Shown here one piece after another: positions 28,389 through 45,272 of a DNA stretch of 64,000 nt. Origin of the DNA: the human T2T-CHM13v2.0 reference genome, Homo sapiens; assembly GCF_009914755.1 (NCBI RefSeq), contig NC_060928.1; one strand, 5' to 3'. Each line of letters starts with the position of its first letter. Position 1 is the first letter of the stretch. The notes below the pieces were generated by a model. The model saw nothing but the letters and a program-made list of their open reading frames with translations. It was not told the DNA's origin and did not search any database. Both the position numbers and the translations under genes were made by a program.

Positions 28389-29439
28389 ACCATAAACTGG
28401 ACTAGGGCAAGTAGAGAGCAGGTACCTAGAAAGGATTTCAGCTGGATTTCTCTGCCTGCCATGCTTTTGTTTGCAGCACTATTTCTTGGAATTTTTGAGT
28501 GTCTTATTCACAGTCATTGCATCCCACACAGCATTGTCTCCAAGGAATTATTTTACAGTTTACAATTTATCCCTTACCACCTGCTTTATAGATTGTCGAA
28601 ATGTCGTACTGAAGACTAGCACCTATAGTGCCAGGCAGGAAAGCAATTTCTTGGGAGGTCAGGATGTTGTCTTGCATAAAGTATTATATGCTCTGAACTG
28701 GTAATCAGTACATGGGCTGTTTTCCTCATAAACAGAATGTGTAGATTTGGGAAGCAATGACTATAAGTGGTGGCTCATAAAATTACACCAAATGCCTACT
28801 TATACATTTTTTTGCATCATGTCTTCAGAACATGAGTTTTTACTGGTTCAGAGATCTTAATGTCTAAGAGATATTACTTAATATCTAAAAGAGATTTCCT
28901 GTAACCACCAAGAGACACAAGCAAAGTTCAACTGTATCGACAGTGGCCACTGCCAACTGGCTGTTTTGAATAATTGATGCCACTGGACAAACCAGACCAA
29001 AAGGGAATTCAGGTGTTGGCAGAGGTGATTGATTCTATTCATGAAGAGCAATAGGCGTATTGCTACACAGTGAGGGCAAAGAAAAATATGGATAAAATCC
29101 TTCATTATTTATAGTATTTATAATTCTTATTTATTTTCCTTTTCAGATTTTATTATCTGAGAGCACTAGTACATTACTGAAAAGCGATGTCTATAATGGA
29201 CATCTGTGTATTATGACTCTAAAGAGAGTATTTCTAGCATTTTATCATTACATAAGATGTTTGTGAGGTTTAAAAAGATGACAGTTAAGTCCATTTCCTT
29301 CTTTTTCTTTCTTTTTTTTTAAAAAGAAAAAAACTTCAACTTTTGTCTCAGGATCTATACGCCCATTTTCTTCTATTCTTGGTATGCTTTACAAAAAAAA
29401 AACTCATGAATGTATGTTGCATTTTTTTCTTATGCATTT

Positions 29440-29720
29440 TTCATTAACTAAACTAATTATGTTGCTCATTTAATTTATAAATGTGGTGAATCACATCAAT
29501 TGGTTTTCTGTGTTTCAGACATTTTGGAGTTTCTGAAATAAAACCCACTTGATCCCTTCTATGTTCATCTCCTGCGCTGGATTTGATTCATTAATATTTT
29601 ATTTCAGTTTTTAAATCTGTATCTATAAATGACATTCACACACCATTTTTTATTCTTGTATTATCCTTTTATTATCCTTATCTTGTATTATCCTTGGTTT
29701 CAATTTTAAGGTAAATTGGG
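29440..29720 (-). mobile_element. Ancient L1M ORF2 fragment, resuming at ~30326-30342 and ~42480-42580
   Basis: gtggtgaatcacatcaattggttttctg...aataaaacccacttgatc. Confidence 0.6.
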
Positions 29721-29721
29721 T

Positions 29722-30325
29722 AGTATGTTAGTCAGGGTTCAGTTTAAGATAACAGATTCCATCCTGAAAAAAAAAGGATTTATCCTGTGAGGTGCTAAAT
29801 GGATTACTTACAGACATGTTTTGAGAACTGAAGAAAGAGACTTATTTGCATTTCCAGGAACTGTGACTAAATCCGTATAGCAGAACTGAGCCCCCAGGGA
29901 AGATACTGCCAGTGTTATAATCAAGAATTTGAAACATTATGAAGATGCCGTATCTTCCACGATCAGGAAGCCACTGAATCAGGAACTTATGCTGTCTCCA
30001 AATCAGGATACAGAAGCTGCTCTAGTTGGCAGCTCCAGAATCACATCACTTCTGCTAATCAGGAAGGTATCTGCAGTCAGGACCCCAATGCCCAGCTGTG
30101 TCACCAGCCCCCACAGCAAAATGGATGCCCTGCGTCCTAAACCTCTTCCCATTTGATTCACTTCCAAATTAAAGTTTCAAATGGGTAAAGTTTGATAGCA
30201 GAGCTCAAATCACATTTGGTATCTGAGCAAAAGAGATTCTGGGAAATACAATGTTTTATATGGCTTCTGCCTGCTCTGCGGAGCTGGAATAGGTGTTGTA
30301 TGAGCCAATTAGCATTGATGCCCAT
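29722..30325 (-). mobile_element. Ancient LTR (ERVL/MaLR class, family uncertain)
   Basis: tatgttagtcagggttcagt terminus typical of a reverse-complemented ERVL/MaLR LTR. Confidence 0.45.
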
Positions 30326-30342
30326 AGGGGTCTCCCTCATTT

Positions 30343-30349
30343 CTTTCTC

Positions 30350-30385
<36 letters not shown>

Positions 30386-30483
30386 TTTCTTTCTTTCTTT
30401 CTTTCTTTCTTTCTCTCTCTCTCTTTCTCTCTTTCTCTCTTTCTTTCTTTCTTTCTTTCTCTCTCTTTCTTTCTTATTTCTTT
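30343..30483. repeat. (CTTT)n/(CT)n microsatellite, probably a degenerated poly(A) tail of the MER21 element
   Basis: Near-pure pyrimidine tract abutting the 3' end of the minus-strand LTR. Confidence 0.9.
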
Positions 30484-30887
30484 CTGACAAAGGGTATTGC
30501 AAAGCTGATAAAGGATATTGCAAAGGATGTAGATAAAGAGACCTGTAGGGTGAGGTATGCGGGAAGGGATCTGGAGCTTCCATGCCTTCTCTGGGTGCAC
30601 CACCCTACAGGAACTTCCACATGTTCAGCTATCTGGAAGCTCTCTGAACCATGTCCTCTTGGGTGTTTATGGAGGAAGCTTCATGACATTAGCATTTTTT
30701 CCTGCAGGGTATAGGGTGGGACCCTCTCATGAGAGGAACATTAGAGTGAAAGGAGGGCAGGAGAAGGTCAGAGGCCTGCCCCTGAGGCCTAACATACTCC
30801 ACATTATAACAAAAGACTGTAACAAGGGCTATGTGAGTTATGAGCCAGGAACCATGGACAAAAATCAATATATATCATAACACCACA
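30484..30887 (-). mobile_element. MER21A-like 3' LTR, U3-R only
   Basis: Minus strand starts tgtggtgttatgatatatattg; stops at the position of the poly(A) signal. Confidence 0.8.
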
Positions 30888-32541
30888 GCCACCCCCGGTA
30901 TTTTGACTAGAGAACCTTTATATCTATCTATCATCTATCTACCTACCTATCTCTTATCATCTACACACACAATTAATAATTAATCCAGTCCATCATATTG
31001 TATGAATGTCACCCAAGATGAGGCCACTCAGGTTTGCAGATTTCTTCTCAATCTTGTCAGGTTTCAAAAGCAGGAGTGACCTTCATAAAGATACAGCTTC
31101 GGGGTGGTTCCAAGATGGCCGAATAGGAACAGCTCCAGTCTACAGCTCCCAGTGTGAGCAATGCAGAAGACAGTTGATTTCTGCATTTCCAACTGAGGTA
31201 CTGGGTTCATCTCACTGGGGATTGTCGGACAGTGGGTGCAGGACAGTGGGTGCAGCCCACTGAGTATGAGCCGAAGCAGGGAAAGGCATCACCTCGCCCG
31301 GGAAGCACAAGGGGTCAGGGAATTCCCTTTCCTAGCCAAGGAAAGGAGTGACAGATGGCACCTGGAAAATCGGGTCACTCCCACCCTAATACTGCGCTTC
31401 TCCAATGGTCTTAGCAAACAGCACACCAGGAGATTATATCCCTCACCTGGCTCGGAGGGTCCTACACCCACAGAGCCTCATTCATTGCGAGTGCAGCAGT
31501 CTGAGATCAAACTGCAAGGCAGCAGTGGGGCTGGGGTAGGGGCGCCCACCATTGTAGAGACTTGAGCAGCCGGGAAGCTCGAACAGGGTGGAGCCCACCG
31601 CAGCTCAAGGAGGTCTGCCTGCCTCTGTAAACTCCACCTCTGGGGGCAGGGCATAGCCAAACAAAAGGCAGCAGAAAACTCTGCAGACTTACTGCAGACT
31701 TAAATGTTCCTGTCTGACAGCTTGGAAGACAGTAGTGGTTCTCCCAGCACACAGCTTGAGATCTGAGAACGGACAGACTGCCTCCTCAATTGGGTCCCTG
31801 ACCCCTGAGTAGCCTAACTGGTAGGCACCCCTCAGTAGGGGCAGACTGACACCTCACATGGCTGGGTACCCCTCTGAGACAAAACTTCCAGAGGAATGAT
31901 CAGGCAGCAACATTTGCTGTTCAGCAATATTCGCTGTTCTGCAGCCTCTGCTGCTGATACCCAGGCAAACAGGGTCTGGAGTGGACCTCTGGCAAACTCC
32001 AACAGACCTGCAGCTGAGGGTCCTCACTGTTAGAGGGAAAACTAACAAACAGAAAGGACATCCACACCCCATCTGTATGTCACCATCATCAAAGACCAAA
32101 GGTAGATAAAACCACAAAGATGGGGAAAAAACAAAGCAAAAAACTGAAAATTCTAAAAATCAGAGCACCTCTCGTCCTCCAAAGAAACGCAGCTCCTCAC
32201 CAGCAACAGAACAAAGCTGGATGGAGAATGACTTTGACGAGTTGAGAGAAGAAGGCTTCAGACGATCAAACTTCTCCGAGCTAAAGAAGGAAGTTCGAAC
32301 CCATGGCAAAGAAGTTAAAAACCTTGAAAAAAGATTAGACGAATGGCTAGCTAGAATAACCAATGCAGGGAAGTCTTTAAAGGACCTGATGGAGCTGAAA
32401 ACCATGGCATGAGAACTACGTGATGAATGCACAAGCTTCAGTAGCTGATTTGATCAACTGAAAGAAAGGGTATCAGTGACAGAAGATCAAATGAATGAAA
32501 TGAAGCAAGAAGAGAAGTTTAGAGAAAAAAGAATAAAAAGA

Positions 32542-32836
32542 GGCTGGGAGCGGTGGCTCATGCCTGTAATCCCAGGACTTTGGGAGGCTGAGGTGGGCGG
32601 ATCACCTGAGTTCGAGAGTTCGAGGCCAGCCTGACTAACATGGAGAAACCTCATCTCTACTAAAAAATACAAAATTAGCCGTGTGTGGTGGTGTGTGCCT
32701 GTAATCCCACCTTCTCAGGGGGCTGAGGCAGGAGAATCACTTCAACCCAGGAGGTGGAGGTTGTGGTGAGCTGAGATCGTGCTATTGCACTCCAGCCTGG
32801 GCAACAAGAGTGAAATTCCGTCTCAAAAAAAAAAAA
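32542..32836 (+). mobile_element. AluSp-like inserted in L1 ORF1
   Basis: cctgactaacatggagaaacc; TSD aaaaagaataaaaaga. Confidence 0.9.
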
Positions 32837-33504
32837 GAATAAAAAGAAATGAATGAAGCCTCCAAGGAACATGGGACTATGTGAAAAGAACAAATCTACG
32901 TGGGATTGGTGTGCCTGAAAGTGACGGGGAGAATGGAACCAAGTTGGAAAACACTCTGCAAGATATTATCCAGGAGACCTTCCCCAATCTAGCAAGGCAG
33001 GCAAGCATTCAAATTCAGGAAATACAGAGAACGCCACAAAGATCCTCCTCAAGAAGAGCCACTCCAAGACACATAATTGTCAGATTCACCAAAGTTGAAA
33101 TGAAGGAAAAAACGTGAAGGGCAGGCAGAGAGAAAGGTCGGGTTACCCACAAAGGGAAGCCCATCAGACTAACAGCAGATCTCTCGGCCGAAACTCTACA
33201 AGCCAGAAGAGAGTGGGGGCCAATATTTGACATTCTTAAAGAAAAGAATTTTCAACCCAGAATTTCATATCCAGCCAAACTAAGCTTCATAAGTGAAGGA
33301 GAAATAAAATACTTTACAGACAAGCAAATTCTGAGCTACTTTGTCACCACCAGGCCTGCCCAACAAGAGCTCCTGAAGGAAGCACTAAACATGGAAAGGA
33401 ACAACTGGTGCCAGCCACTGCAAAAACATGTCAAATTGTAAAGACCATCGAGGCCTGGAAGAAACCGCATCAACTAACGAGCAAAATAACCAGCTAACAT
33501 CATA

Positions 33505-36799
<3,295 letters not shown>

Positions 36800-37544
36800 A
36801 CAATGAGAACAACTGGACACAGGAAGGGGAACATCACACACTGGGGCCTGTTGTGGGGTGGGGGGAGGAGGGAGGGATAGCATTAGGAGATATACCTAAT
36901 GTAAATGATGAGTTAATGGGTGCAGCACACCAACATGGTACATGTATACATATGTAACAAACCTACACGTTGTGCACATGTACCCTAAATCTTAAAGTAT
37001 AATTAAAAAAAAATACTCATTGGATAGGAAAAAAAAAAAACAAGATACAGCTTCACCCATTCAGGCATCTGGGATAACTGATCTAAGAGACAATATCTTC
37101 TTGCTCTGAGAGTCTTGAATTGTTAATGTAATATTGAATTTTCCTTAATAAATAACCCATATATTTATTTCTTTACTATCTGCTACAATTTCTCTTTCTT
37201 TCCATTAATATCCAAACTTTTTCACCTTTGGAAGGAACATTAGAATCACCACTGTGCTGGGGTCTTTATTGCAGGTAGCAATACAAGTGCAGCAAGCAGC
37301 TGCTCCTCAGTCCACAGGCATTCAGACAGGGTAATGTTATGTAGGTGCAGAATGAGTGAGCTATTTTTACTACCAGGCAATATAGCTGCATTCACTGTTA
37401 GCCCCAGTTTTGGTAGATGGAGAGAAGGCACAACTCACCCATGTGCCCTTAGGAATTTTGACAGAAGGTTAAAAACATAGTTACAGTTTTTGCTCAGAAA
37501 TTTCCCTGCTGTTCCACCACTTGCAGTGGCAGTTCTGGTCCTAG

Positions 37545-38168
37545 TGAGAGGTGAATCCAGCTGGGCTTCTGAGTCTGGTGGGGACTTGGAGAACTGTTCT
37601 GTCTAGCTAAAGGATTGTAAACGCACCAATCAGCACTCTGTAAAAACGGACCAATCAGCACTCTGTAAAATGGACCAATCAGCAGGATGTGGGCGGGGCC
37701 AAATAAGGGAATAAAAGCTGGCCACCCGAGCCAGCAGCTGCAACCTGATGGGGTCACCTTACATACCTTGGAGGATTTGTTCTTCTGCTCTTCACAATAA
37801 ATCTTGCTGCTGCTCAGTCTTTTCGTCCACACTACCTTTATGAGCTGTAAAACTTACTAGGAAGGTCTGAGGCTTCACTCCTGAAGTCAGTGACACCACG
37901 AACCCACCGGGAGGAACAAACAACTCCCGACGCTCCACCTTTTAGAGCTGTAACACTCACTGTAAAGGTCTGCAGCCTCACACCTGAAGTCAAGTGAGAC
38001 CACGAACCCACCAGAAGGAAGAAACTCTGGACACATCTGAACATCTGAAGGAACGAATTCCGGATACACCATCTTTAAGAACTGTAACACTCACCGCGAG
38101 GGTCCGCAGCTTCATTCTTGAACTCAGTGAGACCAAGAACACACTGGAAGGATCCAATTCCAGACACA
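37545..38168 (+). mobile_element. Solo LTR12 (ERV9 family, short variant)
   Basis: tgagaggtga...ccagacaca; three ccaatcagca repeats; GC box gtgggcggggcc; perfect TSD ctag. Confidence 0.95.
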
Positions 38169-40485
38169 CTAGGACCACTGCATCAGGTAGGGAGAAAAAA
38201 TATTTTTTATTTTTTCTGAGGTGATTTGGGGAAGAAAGAAAAAATTATAGTCATTGTATCAGTATATGCCTCGCTTGGCAAGAACTGCATAGTCATACCA
38301 GCATGCTCCCCGGCCCCTCTTCCCCAGATCACCAGAAAAACAGAAAAAAATCTAGCAGGGACACTCTAGTCCTACTGACCATGAGTGTGAGCAGACTCTT
38401 GAAGGTGTGTAAGTCAGCTCTTCATGCTTTTATTTCCCCCTGATTTAGACAACCAGTGTTTCCATTGCTTGCTCTACTTCTCTATCAAACTATTACTCTA
38501 AGGAGGATCTGTGCCTATTGTTGGATATTATAGGCTATACAGTGTATTCCTTGGTCTTGGAAAATGATGGTTAGCCATCCATATCCATGCAATATATTCT
38601 ATTCGGTTTTTTTTTTTTTTTTAATGGCACTTGGAGCATTTTCGTCTTCAATTGGATACGCAAAGCCCACTCCATAGCCAGTGTCTATTCCTGTCAAGAC
38701 TCATTTGTAGTCCCCCAGGGCTACTAGCATCTGTCTCACTTTCCAGCTATGTTCAGGGCCTTCCCAACAGAGAATCTGTCCCGTAGCCATCAGCAGTCAC
38801 TGTCTCTCTTGCTGAGAAACAACAGTTCTTTCTGGCATTTTGTGCCTGAGAAGGTGCAAAAGAAACATGTCTACATTCAGCCCGTCTCTGCTCTGTTACA
38901 ATACCCCCATATCCACTCATTTCAAGGACCCAGGTGGCCACTTCAAGGGAGTACATGGGGATATCTGCTTGTCGATTCCGGTCACTTTCTGAACCTGGAA
39001 GGGAGTTCTTCAGATGAGCATTGACTTGTTCTTCTTTAATACACCCCTCAAATTCTCCACAGGACCGTCCTCCATATGTGCATCCATTTAATAGGCCAGA
39101 TTTCCATGGCCATCTTGCCTGAGTGTAATGGCCAGGCCATGGGTCACTGGCCATGGGTCAGTAAACACCCAAACTCAGGGGTTTTTACCACTGATCAATT
39201 CTTCCATCACTGTTAGAAAAACAGCATGCAATTCAGCCCACTGAGCAGACCTGTTTTTACCTTCTTGACCAAAGTAGCTGCCTTCCAAATAGGTGGTGTC
39301 CATTTACCCTGGAATTGCATCCACAAACCAAGTGGCTGTTGGTTAGTCAATCGAGAGCTGTTTATCAGGCACTGTAGAATCCAGCAGTTTCTCACACAGT
39401 TCCAGATTCAGTCTTAGGGGAAAGGAAACACCCTGCTTAAGAGTATCCCTTCCTGGCATTTCCCGGGTAGCATGATCCTCTATAAACCATGTCCGTTTTA
39501 TTATGGAACTCTCCTGGGCACTACCATCCCCATTAGACTATTTCTCTGACACCACCCAAGACAACATGGGTATCTCAGGTGTCACAGGGGTAGCTTCAGC
39601 TAACATTTCATAGCAAGCCCTCTCAAGTGGAAATTCTCTAGTCCAAAGTCCCAGTAGATTTTGCTGGGAGGTGCTCGGAGGCTTTTGCCATAAGGCCTAG
39701 GGAATGCTTCACAGAAGGTTATCAAGGGGAGAATTTATCCCTACTGTCACTCTAGCTTCTACTCTGTACTGTGCAGACTTTGAAAGTTTTACTGGTTCTC
39801 ATTTAGCATGTCCAATTAATACTGCTTGAAGGGCAGATTTACATGCCATCTGTTTTACAGTACCAGGTGGGGGAAACATCTAATCAGATACAATGTTCAA
39901 ATACACCAACTTTCAGAAGCCCATCAACTTTTGCATTTTTAATTTTCTAGTTTCAGTAGCTTCTCCACCTTCAGACTATTTTACCTTCTTGTGTGCAAAA
40001 AGCTTTGTGCAAAAATCCCCAGCCAAGGATTAAGCCAAAGGACCCTGGCCCTTTTGTCAACATTTGTCTTGATTACTCTGCCCAATTATTGCCACCGGCA
40101 GTTTCAGATCAGATTTTTTATTGTAACCTCTGCCTTCTAGCTTTTTGAGTTTCTTCAAACTGGTTTGGGGCCTTTTAGTGTTGGGGGTCCAGAAGGGGTT
40201 CCCTTTGGCCCACCCAGTCTTCGATAGTATTATATTAAGACCTTTGTTATAACCCCATCAATTTCCATCTTACTCATTTCCATTTCTTAATAACCGTCTA
40301 GAGATTTCCACCCTGCTGGGATGAGTCCCATGACTCTCCCCTTTCTTTTTCTTCTAGTTTCACCTCATCAATGTTTTCTTTATTCACCTTATTTCTTAAT
40401 AACCTTTTAAAAATTTCCACCTTCCTGGGATGAGTCCTTTGACTCTCCCTTTTGCCTTTCACCATTCTCTTATTAATTAACCTAA

Positions 40486-40797
40486 TTTTTTTTTCTTTTT
40501 TGAGACAGTCTCATTCTGTCACCCAGGCTGGAGTGCAGTGGCACAATCTCGGCTCACTGCAACCTCCATCTCCCAAGTTCAATAGATTCTTGTGCCTCAG
40601 CATCCTGAGTAACTGGGATTACAGGCATGTGCCACGATGGTCGGCTAATTTTTTTTTTTTTTTTTTTTGTATTTTTTGGTAGAGACAGAGTTTTGCCATG
40701 TTGTCTAGGCTGGTCTAGAACTCCTGACCTCAAGTGATCCACCTGCCTTGGCCTCCCAAAGTGCTGGGATTATAGGTGTGAGCCACTGTGCCTGGTC
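40486..40797 (-). mobile_element. AluS
   Basis: Full Alu with expanded linker T tract; TSD taattaacctaat. Confidence 0.92.
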
Positions 40798-42009
40798 TAA
40801 TTAACCTAATGTTTTTATTAGCATCTGTAAGACCCATGAGCGGAAACTGAGACAGAAAATTTGATAAGGCTTCTAGAAATATTGTTTGACTTACATGCCT
40901 TCTGTTTCACAGTACCAGGTAGGGGAAACATTCCCCAATCAGATACAATGTTCATTCCCATAATAAAACCAGGTAATGATTTTAAGGGGCCCTCTTCTGC
41001 AGGAGTAATGTCATGTGGGATGCCCAGGTAGAAGGGGCCTCTTTAACCACAACATTTACCATAACCTGCGTAATGGGCATATTCAGTGGTGAATATCCCC
41101 GTCATCATAAAGCCAGTCCCACATGGCTTACATACAAAACATATCAACTGCCTCATCTGGGGTGCTCCACTTGGCATTTATAGGTAGAGTTGGACAGTTC
41201 CCCTTTTCAGGGTAAACAGACGTTACAGTGGATTTTATCCAGTCCACCAGGCTGGCTATTCACTGAGGAATTACCTCCTGTGTATCTGGATTGTATACAC
41301 CCATCTGCGATTGTTCAATGGTGAGTTGTGGGTCTTACATAAACCCAGACATGCTATTCCACTCTGCAGCATTTAAAATCAAAGCTACTGCCCCTAAATT
41401 TGATACTCTCATAGTCCATTTTAGTAAAAGTTTCTCAGGAAGTTGATATCAATCTACAAAATGGAACAATTCCTTCACATTATATCCTCTGGTTTCAACT
41501 GTTACCTGGTTTTGCCCTCCTTTCACGTTTGATTATGTTATTGGTAATCATAGGTTTCAGGGCTACTTTCTGTTGTCACTGCACAATTTTCTCTTTTGTG
41601 GGTGACTTTGAGGCTAGTGGCCTGTGCTCAGACAGACCTACATCTGAGCTTAGTCCAGCCTGGAGTCCTGAACCAGCACCTTCTTTTACTTTCATTTTAG
41701 CCAGGATAGATAATAGTAACCAAGGGATTGAATATTTTGCTTTATCTCTTATTAGTTTGCATTTTCTTAGGCATCCACCACTGAACCAGTTCCTGGGGAG
41801 TTGAATCCATCTCGAGATTCCACTGGTAACGTTCACCTTTAGTAACTGATCTCAGTACAGCTACTGGCTTCATATGACAGGTGACCACATGGCCACTCAG
41901 GAATCAAAAGTTCCTCATCCCCCACCCTTTTATCCTTTCTCTTCCCAAACCACATGTTTCCATGAGTCAAAGACAATTCGAGCAAATTCCATTTTACTGA
42001 CACCAATAT

Positions 42010-42470
42010 GTGTAGGGAATACTCTCCTCAAACTGTGCTTTTCCTTTACTCTCACACCACAACAATCGTCAAAACAGGAGACTTCTGTGACCAATTGTGT
42101 GGAGGGTTTTCCTACATATCAAGCAGTGGACACCAGCTGGGTGTCCTCTAATTCAGTTCTGACACTCTTTACCCAGAGATAATGTCAGATCCCACAGGTT
42201 GAGGCCTCAGTCTCCAAGACTGCCCCCTACCCACCAGTCCCAAGTCCCGGCCTATGGAACTTCTGACTGACCGGCTTCAGGTTGGGGTTCCTGTGACCCC
42301 GTCATTGGGTTTGACTAATTTGCTGAAGAAGCTCACAGAACTCAGGAAAACACTGTGTTTACTAGTTTATTATAAAGGATATTGATGAAGAAAGGCGTAG
42401 GGCGAGGTATGGGGGAAGCAAGGTATGAGCCACCCTCTGAACCTCCACGTGTTCAGCTATGTGGAAGCTC
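42010..42470 (-). mobile_element. MER21A-like 5' LTR, R-U5 only
   Basis: cagatcccacaggttgaggcctcagtctccaagactgcccc; AATAAA (minus) at 42366-42371; ends CA before the PBS; U3 absent. Confidence 0.8.
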
Positions 42471-42912
42471 CTTCATTTTTCTATTACCTGAAGCAACTTG
42501 TATGAGATACAAATTATCTTTTTCTTGAAAGTTTTGTGAAGTATACCTATACATTTTTGTCCAGGAGAATCTTTAAAACCTACCAGTTATTTTATTTATG
42601 AGAAAGGTGGTAAGAGAAGTCATATTTGTATTAACCTATAAATGAATAAAATGTCTTTGGAAGTACTCATGAGTTAATGAAAACATTGGACTGCCTTTGA
42701 GAGAGATATTGGGTAGTTGGAGGAGAGATGAGAAAAAGTTTTTAGTATAATCATTTGGAGTAGTTTAAATTTAACCCACGGGAATGTACCATCTTTTGAA
42801 ATTAACAAAATAAAATATGTAAAAATGAAAAGTATGGACTAAAACTTACACTATTATTTTATAATTTTAAGGATTTCCTTATTTCTGCTTAGGCTCCCCT
42901 TTTCATTCCTAA

Positions 42913-43198
<286 letters not shown>

Positions 43199-43281
43199 CT
43201 AATATTGCTTATTTTTGTGACTTCTTTCTTTTATCCTTGCCTTGATTGCTAACAGCTTACTTATTTTGTTAAACTTTTTGA

Positions 43282-43612
<331 letters not shown>

Positions 43613-43806
43613 CAGATTCTCTATTCTTTTCTGCTGCTTGTTTGCTATTTCTTCAGTTTCTGGGTGTAGCTTTATTATTTTCTGTCTGCTACTTTGTTGG
43701 GTTTTCTCACTCTCTAATTTGTATACTTACTTAACAAATGTAGTTCTCCTTCCCCTGCCTCATACTTCCCTTAAATGCAGTTAAGACTTTAAATTTTCTT
43801 CTATAT

Positions 43807-44313
43807 CAGGGGTTCCACTATTGGTCCATGGCCTGTTAGGAACCATTTCTCACAGCAGGAGGTGAGTGGCAGGAGAGTGAGTGAAGCATCATCTGTATTT
43901 ATAGCCGCTCCCCATCACTTGCATTACCACCTGAGCTCCACCTCCTGTCAGATCAGTGGCAGCATTAGATTCTCACAGGAGCACAAATCCTATTGTGAAC
44001 TGCGCATGTGAGGGATTTAGGTTGTGTACTCTTTATGAGAATCTAATGCCTGATGAACTGTCACTGTCTCCCATCACTCCCAGATGGGACTGTCTAGTTG
44101 CAGGAAAACAAGCTCAGGGCTCATACTGATTCTACATTATGATGAGTTGTATACTTATTTAATTATATATTACAATGTAATAATAATGAAATAAAGTGCA
44201 CAATAAATGTAACGTGCTTGAATCATCCCAAAACCACACCCCTGACCCTGGTCCATAGAAAACTTGTCTTCCACAAAACCAGTCCCTGGTGCCAAAAACA
44301 TTGGGGACTGCTA
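43807..44313 (+). mobile_element. MER1A-like hAT-Charlie element
   Basis: caggggtt...cctcctgtcagatcagtggcagcattagattctc...ttggggactgct. Confidence 0.85.
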
Positions 44314-44969
44314 CTCTAGATGTACTCTGGGTGCACCCCCCCACCCCCAGGTTTTAGTATACGGTAGTTTACTTTATTTTTAACTGTCATTTTTATTGTT
44401 CATTTTCACAAGTTAAAAAATTCTTTTGTTTATGTAAATTAATCATTTATTAACACCACACTCTAAAAAACTGAGCTAACCAACTATATAAGTTAGACTT
44501 TCAAAATCAGTAGATTGTAGATACTGTATCTTATTTTTGTGTACCACATTATTAAATAAAACAATAGATAAATTATTCTGATGTGGCAACAAAGGAAATG
44601 AAATCAATCTATGTATTTTGATACCTCAGTTAAGTTTCTCAGTTTAGAAAAATGATACAAAACAAAAACTTGCATACAACCTCAGCTGTCATTGCTGTTA
44701 TGTCACAAAATATCTTAGACTACAGTTTTTTTCAGGGTCAAAGACGTGATGGCTCAGAGTTTTGTCTCATTCCTAGATTATTCTTTTTGCAGTGTTTTCC
44801 TTTCTTTGAGTTCTTTAAGCTTTCTTCTCTTTATTAATGTCACCAAAACCAGGAAAAATCTGAGAATCTATCATTGATACTCACTTGCTGTCTGATTACA
44901 TTTAATCTGAAGCTAATTTGCATTTTAATCATCTATCTGCGTTTAAATTCTATTCTTTGTGAGTTTTAT

Positions 44970-45272
44970 TTTTTATTTTATTATTATTTTTTTGACATGG
45001 AGTCTCACTGTGTCTCCCAGGCTGGAGTGGAGTGGCGCGATCTCAGCTCACTGCAAGCTCCGCCTCAGGGTTCACACCATTCTCCTGCCTCAGCCTCCTG
45101 AGTAGCTGGGACTACAGGTGCCCGCCACCACGCCCAGCTAATTTTTCTATTTTTAGTAGAGATGGGGTTTCACCATGTTAGCCAGGATGGTCTCGATATC
45201 CTGACCTCGTGATCTGCCCGCCTCGGCCTCCCAAAGTGCTGGGATTACAGGTGTGAGCCACCGCGCCCGGCC
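44970..45272 (-). mobile_element. AluY/Sc-like
   Basis: gcaagctccgcctc, ttagccaggatggtctcga; TSD tctttgtgagtttta. Confidence 0.92.

Larger units (their letters stand above)
25124..29095 (+). mobile_element. Highly decayed ERVL internal region (gag, RNase H, integrase remnants)
   Basis: gag-like at ~25250-25420; RNase H/IN-like gaagctcttaataatcaa...gcagggatggaggccatgcatggactcaacaacat at ~27430-27560. Confidence 0.65.

Noticed and set aside
30158-30603. K/E/R-rich and F/L/S-rich ORFs
   Set aside because: Artefacts of the (CTTT)n microsatellite
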